The position numbers and the translations under genes are program-made. Under the pieces are notes generated by a model. That model was not told the DNA's origin, searched no databases, and worked only from the letters and a program-made list of their open reading frames with translations. 64,000 bases of DNA, taken from contig NC_043010.1 in NCBI RefSeq assembly GCF_006345805.1, forward strand, positions 57,660,001-57,724,000, given 5' to 3'. This document shows positions 55,470 to 64,000 of the stretch, in pieces. The stretch's first letter is position 1. Every line of letters begins with the position of its first letter. The stretch comes from Octopus sinensis. Its lineage: Eukaryota.

Positions 55470-55928
55470 GAATATATACACATACTTTTCTGTGTATACT
55501 ATCATACTTTTGTGAATGTATATTATATACACATACACAAAATTATGTGTGTATGCTGTGTTTGACGGCAGGAATGTATGTGTGTGTGTACTATGTGTGA
55601 AAGTTTCCATGCTTGAGTTTTGAAGCTACAAATTACTATAGGTTAGATGGCTTGCTGGACACACAGACAGACATTCAGGCAGGCAAACAGACACGCAGAT
55701 TGATAAAGAGATTGTCACAATATGCACACTGAAACAACAAGTAAGTACAAATGACTAATAAGGACTAACAACAACAGCAACAACAGCAACAACAACACTG
55801 ACAATACGATTGCATATATTTACATACAAACATACATACCTACATAGAGGCATGCATACATACATATGTATGTACGTATGTATGTGTGTGCTTGCATGCA
55901 TTCATACATATATAAATATATATGTATA

Positions 55929-55959
<31 letters not shown>

Positions 55960-55960
<1 letters not shown>

Positions 55961-56365
55961 CATCAGCAGCAGCAGTAGCAACATCATTTAGTGTCCTCTT
56001 TCCATGCTGGCATGGGTTGGACAGTTTGACATGGAGCTGGTTAGCAGAGAGATGTCCAGACACTAACTCTCTGTTGTGGCATGGTTTCTACGGCTGGATA
56101 CCCTTCTTAATGCCAACCATTTAACGGAGCCTGCTCGATGCTTTTTATATGCCTCCATCACATGCACATTTATGCAACACTGGCATGGGTGCATCATTAC
56201 AGCACCAGCACGGTTGCTGTTTAAGTGGCACCTGCAAAGGACAAGCCTGGATGTATTGAAGGCAGGGGTTTTACTTAGCTTAACACATCTTCTCAAGTAC
56301 AGCAAATTGCCACAACTCCTGGTCCCTTGTCACTTTCTCAGTGAGGCATAGCAACCGAAGGTTTT
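55960..56365 (-). mobile_element. SINE family B variant, followed by SINE C head at 56428-56580 (+)
   Basis: tttccatgctggcatgggttggacagtttgac...ggctggatacccttcttaatgccaacca. Confidence 0.75.
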
Positions 56366-56749
56366 TTCTCACCACTTCTCCCCACTTTTTTTTTTGGTCT
56401 ACTCCTTCTCTGCATGTGTGTGTGTAAGCATAGTTGTGTGGTTAAGAAGTTTGCTTCCCAAGTATGAGATTTTGGTTTCAGTTCCACTGTATGGCAGCTT
56501 GGGAAAGTGTCTTCTTTTAGGGGCCATGGACTGACCAAGGCCTTGTGAATTGATTTGGTAGATGGAAACTGCTTAGATACAAATGTGGGTTGATCACATG
56601 TAGGGCATCCTTCAGCCATGGAAAGTCTGCCTCCTTAGACTTTGTTCAGTCAATGCAAGCACGGAAAAATTGTCATTAAAATCATGATGATGGTGAGGAT
56701 ATGTATGTATGAATGCACACACACATCACACATGCGTATATATTCAAAA

Positions 56750-56952
56750 TGTGACTGCGTGTGTACTGTTGGCGATTTTTACCTCTGTCTTCCCTTCTTT
56801 GGACCTTTCCTTTTTCTATGTTTCTGATGAAGAGCTCCGCTCAAAACGTTAAACCCTCCTTCTTTCCTTAGCGTCCAATAACACTATACTTGTTCTACGT
56901 CCTTGCATTGTTGTGTTTTCTCTTGGTGTTTTCATGTTTGGATTAACTTTAC
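56750..56952 (+). mobile_element. ~200 bp HHR-bearing short element ending in (TA)n (HHR 56820-56854)
   Basis: gttt-CTGATGA-a gagc tcc gctc-AAAA(G12 mutated)-CG-TT-aaac; homologous to 59905-60092. Confidence 0.7.
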
Positions 56953-57654
56953 ATATATATATATATAGTTTACTGTTCAACACAAAAGTACCCCACCAGG
57001 TGAGAGATAAATATTGTTTACTGTGCACAGTATGGAGATATGAGCTACTCATTGTGCATGGAGTTGAAGAGCAGCTGCACACCTTATACAATCAAATGGA
57101 AAACCATAGCAAAATCTATACCACATGTTAATAGATGTAAGAAATACAACTTAAATATAGTGAAAGATTGCATATTCATTTTACATTTAAGAATTCCAAT
57201 GCACTACTGAATTTCAGATTCAAAATTTTCAGCAAATGTAAACGTATGGATAAATTTCTTTTGGTGATCTAGAGGACACCATCTTCTCAGAATTGAGCAA
57301 TTGTCCTGCAGACTTTGGATCTTGCTCTGTTGAATTATTCTGCAACAACAAGCTTTATAGTCTCAAATATTCTTTCTTTTCTTTTTCCATTTCTGTGCCC
57401 TCTTACATTTTTTGCATCTCCTTCTTGTTTCCTTGTAAAATAAATGAACCGTGTGCTCAGAGCCAGAAGATTACTTGGTAACACAAGGTGTATGATAAGA
57501 ATCTGCCTGGACTAACATTTCCAAAGCAAGAAACTACTACTAGCTCATAGTTTTATAATGTGTACATTAAATGATATGCATATATGCATGTGTGTATGTA
57601 TAAGCATGTGTATAACTGTATGTGTATGTGTGTATTTGTGTGTGTGTGTGAAAG

Positions 57655-57965
57655 CATGTGGCTTACTGGTTGGGGTTTGGCTCATGATCATAAGGTCCCA
57701 AGTTTGATTCCTGGCAGTGGTTGTGGCCTTAAGCAAGACACTTTATTTCACATTACTCCAGTCCACTCTGCTGGCAGAAAAGAGTCATACCTGTATTTCG
57801 AAGCGTCAGCCTCGTCCCATTCTATGTCACGCTGAAGCTCCCTGAGAACAACAAGGGTACACTTGTCTGTGGAGTACTCAGCCATTTGCATGTTAATTTC
57901 AAGAGCAGGCTCTTCTGTTGATTGGACCAACTGGAACCCTCATCGTCGTAGGTGATGTAGTGCCA
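57655..57965 (+). mobile_element. SINE family V-related copy with longer 3' part
   Basis: tggcttactggttgggg...gtttgattcc...taagcaagacactttatttcacattactccagtccactc. Confidence 0.7.
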
Positions 57966-57979
57966 GTGCCATATCATAA

Positions 57980-58450
57980 TCATCATCATTTAACGTCTGT
58001 TGTCCATGCTGGCATGGGTTGGACGGTTTGACCAGAACTGGAAAGCTGGGAGTGGGGGATGCACCGAACTCCAGTCTGTTTTGGCATGGTTTCTACAGCT
58101 GGATGCCCTTCCTAATGCCAACCACTCTGAGAGTGTAATGAATGCTTTTTACGTGCCATTTGCACAACACTAGTATCTGCCATGAATGCGATTTTACTTG
58201 GCTTCATGGGTCTTCGTCTCAAGAAGGGCTCTCAATGCCAAATGGACCTGGACATTGCTTCCATGAGGCCCAGCGTTGAAAGCACAGCATGATATGAAAT
58301 GGTCTCCATGCTTGCCTCCATGAGGCCCAACACTTGAAAGGTGCTTTTACATGCCAGCGGCACAGGAGCCATTTGCATGACACCGCTTTCTGTCACAATT
58401 GCCATTTTACTTGGCTTGATGCGTCTTCTTCTCAAGCCAAACATAATGCC
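57980..58450 (-). mobile_element. SINE family B variant; SINE C head at 58745-58870 (-)
   Basis: catcatttaacgtctgttgtccatgctggcatgggttggacggtttgacc. Confidence 0.8.
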
Positions 58451-59318
58451 AATGGTCTCAATATATATCATATATGTATACGTACTCACACACACTTGTG
58501 CCTCCACACACACACACAAAAGAAAGGTTATGTTGTCCTCATGACCGATGCTTCCAAACAACAAGACCACAGCTAGTAAAGACAGACTATTGACCAGCAA
58601 GAATCAACAATGGAGCCTTTAGCTGCTCACATAATCTGCTTGAAATGGTACCCAAATTTCCCTCAAATCACATCTTAATCATAGGAACAATACAGGGCAA
58701 GCACTTTCACACATATAATTGCACCTGAGAGGAACTTTCACCTTCTAATCACAAGGCATTCGTCAGCCCAAGGCTGTAGCAGATGGCATTTACCCAAGGT
58801 TCCACACAGTGGGACTGAACCTGAAACCATGTAATGGAGAAACAAGCTTTCTAACCACACAGTCATGCCTGCCACTGTTATATAAAAGGCAGGATGGTCA
58901 TGGAAGAAATGCCTGTGATCACAAGTCAACTCAATCAGGTCCGAGCTAGGGCTATACAACTGCAACAAACATTAAGCAGCTAGAGTTGACACTGTAGCCA
59001 GTGAGTTGTCCCATTTAATTAAATGTTGACCCAATAGTTAATTAGATTGTTAACCCACAAGTTGCCAGTTCCATCTCTATTCCCTTAAGTCCCACACATG
59101 TGTAAATTGAAGCCAATTTAGAGCCAAATTAGAACTAATAGCTATTTACATACACCTTCACAGACCTGCTTGTCTATATGTGGATATATGGTTGTGTATG
59201 TGTATGTGTGTGTGTGTGTGTTTAAAGGCAGTATTGATGTATGCATACATACCTATGCACTCTCTCTCACTCACTTCAGACACACACACACGCAAACACA
59301 TACCCACACATACATATG

Positions 59319-59368
<50 letters not shown>

Positions 59369-59455
59369 AAAGGTGTTATTGATGACTGCATACATATATA
59401 CTTATGCTCTGTCTCTCACTTTCTTCAGACACACACACACATATATACATAGATG

Positions 59456-59494
<39 letters not shown>

Positions 59495-59904
59495 AACGTA
59501 TGTATATATATATATATGCTTGTGTGTGCACACACACCCCATGTCTATGTATGCATATATATGTATATAAACTTATAGATGTGTGAGTGCATGTGTATGT
59601 GAATATATATATATATACATATATGTGCGCATATAGATATATATATGTATATATATATATGTGTGTGTGTATATAGATATGTATATGTATACATATTATA
59701 TATATATATATGCACTACGCAGTCTAGTTTATATCAGTGCAATAAGTTAATCACTGAGAGTGCAAAATGACTCAACAGGTAGTTGGTGCTATGACTTTTA
59801 GTCTAAGTTGAATTAAACAAACCTGAAGAATGGATAGCAAATATATAACATACATTTATAAATCACAGAATATTTACATTTACATACATGCAAATATGCA
59901 TTCA

Positions 59905-60092
59905 GTCGTGTTTTTTTTCCCTCCGTTCGCACACCTCGGGATCTTTCTTTCTCTTATGTTTCCGACGAAGAGCTCTGCTCGAAACGTGATACCCTCCTTC
60001 TTCCCTTTTTCCTGAGCGCCTAATAATAATACTTTAATTGTTCCACCTCCTTGTGTTGTTGTTTTTTCTGTTTTCCCGTTTGGATTAACCTT
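59905..60092 (+). mobile_element. HHR-bearing short element, second copy (HHR 59958-59992)
   Basis: gttt-CCGACGA-a gagc tct gctc-GAAA-CG-TG-atac; ends tttggattaacc(t)(ta)n like 56750-56952. Confidence 0.7.
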
Positions 60093-60561
60093 ATATATAT
60101 ATTATATATATATATATATATATATTCCATCTTCTGTCTCTCATTTGGCATATATATATATATATATTATATATGAAGAAGCGTGGATGGCAAATTAATT
60201 CATTTGCACATTGATGAAGAAACTTGAGTCTAAGGGTAACTATAAAAATATTTTTATTTTTCATTCCTTTGAAATTGCTCTTATTCATGGTTTGGACTTT
60301 AAATGCCCTTTCTAGAATGTAAGGTGTCCCGTTAAAGGTTATCTCTTTTGTGTATAAATGCATACACTATACTATATATATATATATATATATATATACC
60401 AGTCATTAGACTGTGATCATGCTCAAGCATGGCCTTTCATGGTTTTAATCATAATTAAATAGTTATAGAGAAAGCTAGATTTCATAATATGAGAAATGAA
60501 AGTAACAACTAACTTTAATAACAAGGACTAACAACACTGACAATAATAGTATGATGACATT

Positions 60562-60600
<39 letters not shown>

Positions 60601-60654
60601 GAATATTTATATACATACATGTTTGTGTGTGTGTATGTGTATATATATATACAG

Positions 60655-61030
60655 CATGATCAAAGCACCATCCAAACATGATCATTGCCAGACCGGCTAT
60701 CTGGCCTCCGTGCCAGTGGCAGGTAAAAGACACCATTCGAGCATGATCGTTACCAGCATCGCCCTACAGGCACCTGTGCCGGTGGCATGTGTAAAAGATT
60801 CGAGTGAGGTCGTTGCCTGTACCGCCTGACTGACCCTGTGCCGGTGGCATGTAAAAGCATCCACCACACTCTCGGAGTGGTTGGCGTTAGGAAGGGCATC
60901 CAGCTGTGGTAACTCTGCCAGATCAGATTGGAGCCTGGTGCAGCTATCTGGTTCGCCAGCCCTCAGTCAAATCGTCCAACCCATGCCAGCATGGAAAGCG
61001 GACGTTAAACGATGATGATGATGATGATGA
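60655..61030 (+). mobile_element. SINE family B with internal tandem units
   Basis: gtgcc(a/g)gtggca...gtaaaa units, then gagtggttggcgttaggaagggcatcc...ggacgttaaacgatgatgatg. Confidence 0.88.
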
Positions 61031-61054
61031 TATATATACATACATACATACGTA

Positions 61055-61805
61055 TCTAGAGTGAAGAACATGTACTGCAATAGCTTGAAATTTAACGCTT
61101 TGCCTAAACATCTGAGGGTTCTTCATAGAGTAGGGGTAGATGTCAGGGCTAGATTAAGGCCTATAGAGGCCCTAAGAACTTAAAAGGTTTTTGTGCCCTC
61201 AAGCATGTGTAAATGGATGAAAATGTAAACAGAAATAATTCAAAATGTAAACGATAATAAACCAACAAACAAATTTTTATTTTTGAAAAGGAAACAAAAT
61301 TCACAAAAAGATGGAAAATAATGTTTATTTTTTTAATGCTTCCATTTTATTTATATTTGAAAAGTTTTCTCCATTTATTTTTTAATTGCAAAGTGTTTGA
61401 TAATATCATTAAAATTAATTTTCCTTAAAACTTCTGCTTCTATACTGAGTAGAGATAAGCCATTACGAAGATTATTTTAGCAAGTTTCAAGTGATTTCTT
61501 TCATGCCATAAACCATTTACATTTCTGTGGTGTCCCTTCCGTTCCTTGATGTCCTAAGCATGGGTTTATTCTGCTTAATGGGTTAATCCAGCTCTGGTAA
61601 ATGTTTTCAAGAAACAACTTCACCTCCTGCTATCCAAGGTCCCCGATGAACCTATATCAAAACAGAAAATTCAAAGAAGGGCAGTTATATTGAACTCCCT
61701 CCATCACCAAAAGCCAATCACATAAGAATGGCCATTGTACAGGTGATTACACTGCTGGTGCTCCAGTATGGCCACAACCTTAGGGCCAAAACCATAAAAC
61801 AAATA
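61055..61805 (+). mobile_element. CR1-like LINE 3' end split by a hAT MITE
   Basis: FNALPKHLRVLHRVGVD|VFKKQLHLLLSKVPDEP...NSLHHQK reads through once 61144-61596 and one TSD copy are removed; tail ggtgctccagtatggccac. Confidence 0.8.
61144..61596 (-). mobile_element. Non-autonomous hAT element (453 bp)
   Basis: TIR cagggctagattaa / ttaatccagctctg; 8-bp TSD gtagatgt / gtaaatgt; internal remnant LRNGLSLLSIEAE resembling the hAT dimerisation domain. Confidence 0.88.
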
Positions 61806-61843
61806 TATATATACACATATACATACATATGTATGCATGTATA

Positions 61844-61875
<32 letters not shown>

Positions 61876-61904
61876 AACACACACACATACATGCATTTTT
61901 CCGA

Positions 61905-61970
61905 TGGCCGGATAACTGAAGAGATGGGATTTCCACCTCGGCATCCGAAACTCAGAGTTTTATCATGGCT
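61905..61970 (+). ncRNA. Type I hammerhead ribozyme motif
   Basis: gataa-CTGAAGA-gatg...catc c-GAAA-ctc a gag-TT-ttatc; perfect 5 bp stem I, intact core, GUU triplet. Confidence 0.72.
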
Positions 61971-62069
61971 ACCGAATAATTGTCGCATATTACATTTACA
62001 GATGAATTCCTCTATTTACATAATATCGAGGTCTCTTTCTTTCTTTTGTTGTCTTACCATTTTTATCAA

Positions 62070-62154
<85 letters not shown>

Positions 62155-62156
<2 letters not shown>

Positions 62157-62333
62157 TGGTAGCCACTACACACATTTTTTTTCTCTCCTTGATTTTTCTG
62201 TGTCCCTTTCTGTAGAAGAGCATAGGCACGAAACGTAAAAGAATTTTTCTATTCCTGAGCGTTATACTAATACATCTGTTTGCTTTGTGCACCACCTGTC
62301 TTCGTCTTTTGTTTTTTTTCATGAACTCTCCCT
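62155..62333 (+). mobile_element. HHR-bearing short element, second copy of the 46628-46799 family (HHR 62206-62241)
   Basis: cttt-CTGTAGA-a gagc atag gcac-GAAA-CG-TA-aaag; flanked by (GATA)n and (TA)n. Confidence 0.78.
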
Positions 62334-62430
62334 ATATATGTATATATGTATATATGTATATATGTATATATATATGTATATGTATATATGTATATGTATA
62401 TGTGTATATATATATATCTATCTATCTATC

Positions 62431-62469
<39 letters not shown>

Positions 62470-62568
62470 GTATGTATATATGTATGTATATATATATGTA
62501 TATATATATGTATATATATGTATATGTATGTATATACATATACGTATATATATATGTATATGTATTAT

Positions 62569-62599
<31 letters not shown>

Positions 62600-63294
62600 T
62601 ATATATATATATACATGATCCATCACAGGGTTGAACCCATTTATAGCGTAGTGGACTGAAGCAATGCGAAATGAAGGGTTTTGCTCAAGAACACAACTTG
62701 CCACCCAACCTGGGAATTGAATGCATGATCTAGCAATCATCAGTGCAACACTCTAACCACGAGGCCACACACCTTCACATAAATGCACGCATGCACACAC
62801 ACACACATATTTATAACCCTAGATAGTTGCAAACCAACAGCACCAGACCACTACAAGAACCGTTCAATAGCTCATGGAGGAAACATTAAATCCAAAGACA
62901 AAATTTATGGCAATCTAACTCCAGCAACAACAACAACAACAATCACACAGCCACAACAAATATGAAGATTTATTGGTTTCCCTTGGAGAAGACATCATGT
63001 GGCAGGAGATCTGGTGTTACTATGGTAACCTACTAACAGTAAAAGATTGTGTGAAGGAAATTCCTGCCCCCCCCCGCCCCCCCCTGTCCCCCCACCACTT
63101 TAAGTACACTGACCAAATGGTACGAGTCAAATGATGCAAGTTGGAAATAGTGCTTAGTGGAGGTCACTTGGATTGGGAGTGTCAGAGTTTGATTGTTGAC
63201 AGAAAAAAATCTATGTGTCTGCCTGCCTGTCTGCTTGTTTGTCTGTCTACATATCTATCTCTTTTCCTCTCTCTTTCTCTCCATCCATCTACCC

Positions 63295-63355
<61 letters not shown>

Positions 63356-63364
63356 CCTATCTAC

Positions 63365-63399
<35 letters not shown>

Positions 63400-63431
63400 C
63401 CCATCCATCCATCTATCTTTATATGCATATA

Positions 63432-63616
63432 CTGGCACATAAAAAGCACCCACTACACTCTCGGAGTGGTTGGCGTTAGTAAGGGCATCCAGCCGTAGAG
63501 ACATTGCCAAATCAGACTGGGCCTGGTGCAGCCTCCATGGCTTCCCTAACCCCAGTTGAACCGTCCAACCCATGCTAGCATGGAAAGCGGACGCTAAACG
63601 ATGATGATGATGATGA

Positions 63617-63620
<4 letters not shown>
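63432..63620 (+). mobile_element. SINE family B, truncated
   Basis: cactacactctcggagtggttggcgttag...ggaaagcggacgctaaacgatgatgatg. Confidence 0.88.
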
Positions 63621-63662
<42 letters not shown>

Positions 63663-63757
63663 TATATCAGGCATATGCATATAGATAACTGAAAGTTTAG
63701 ATGTATATAGATGAATGAATATTGGCACAATTACACACATAAGTGTGCATACATATG

Positions 63758-63788
<31 letters not shown>

Positions 63789-64000
63789 TGCCATGTGAAT
63801 AATAAGCATACATAGGAATGCTTAAGCTCAACCACACGCATACACACATTTGCATACACACACACACACATACACAAACATTTGCATACACACACACACA
63901 CACACACCCACATACACACATATATATATTGAAAACAAATTTTTATGTGATGTCCATATAATGAAATTCATATTGTTTTATATTATGTTATATAGAGTCA

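Noticed and set aside
60207-60234. TTGATGA-A-GAAA-CTTGAG-TC, HHR lacking stem II
   Set aside because: C3 altered and no stem I pairing; cannot be distinguished from chance

Overview
AT-rich eukaryotic, mostly non-coding (intronic/intergenic) DNA saturated with (TA)n, (CA)n, (TATC)n, (TACA)n, (CAT)n and (TAA)n microsatellites. The repeat landscape suggests an Octopus (coleoid cephalopod) genome; this is my inference, not a database result. Almost all ORFs in the supplied track are microsatellite artefacts, and no complete host gene is visible, only a few candidate short exons. Supportable content: many copies of four SINE families; decayed LINE fragments (Tx1/L1-like inside a (TATC)n tract, R4/Dong-like, RTE, CR1); a Gypsy LTR/PBS/gag remnant; three Tc1/mariner remnants; and Tc1-, piggyBac- and hAT-type MITEs with TSDs. 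The most notable signal is about 18 type I hammerhead-ribozyme (HHR)-like motifs (CUGANGA-stem II-GAAA-short, often palindromic stem III-UH). They sit in short non-coding repeats next to (TA)n tracts, often with inverted-repeat arms, as expected for Penelope-like retroelement pLTRs or non-autonomous derivatives. One copy has a 14-15 bp TSD, and two families carry recurrent non-canonical cores (CUGUAGA, CCGANGA). All structures were folded by eye; boundaries of decayed elements are approximate.
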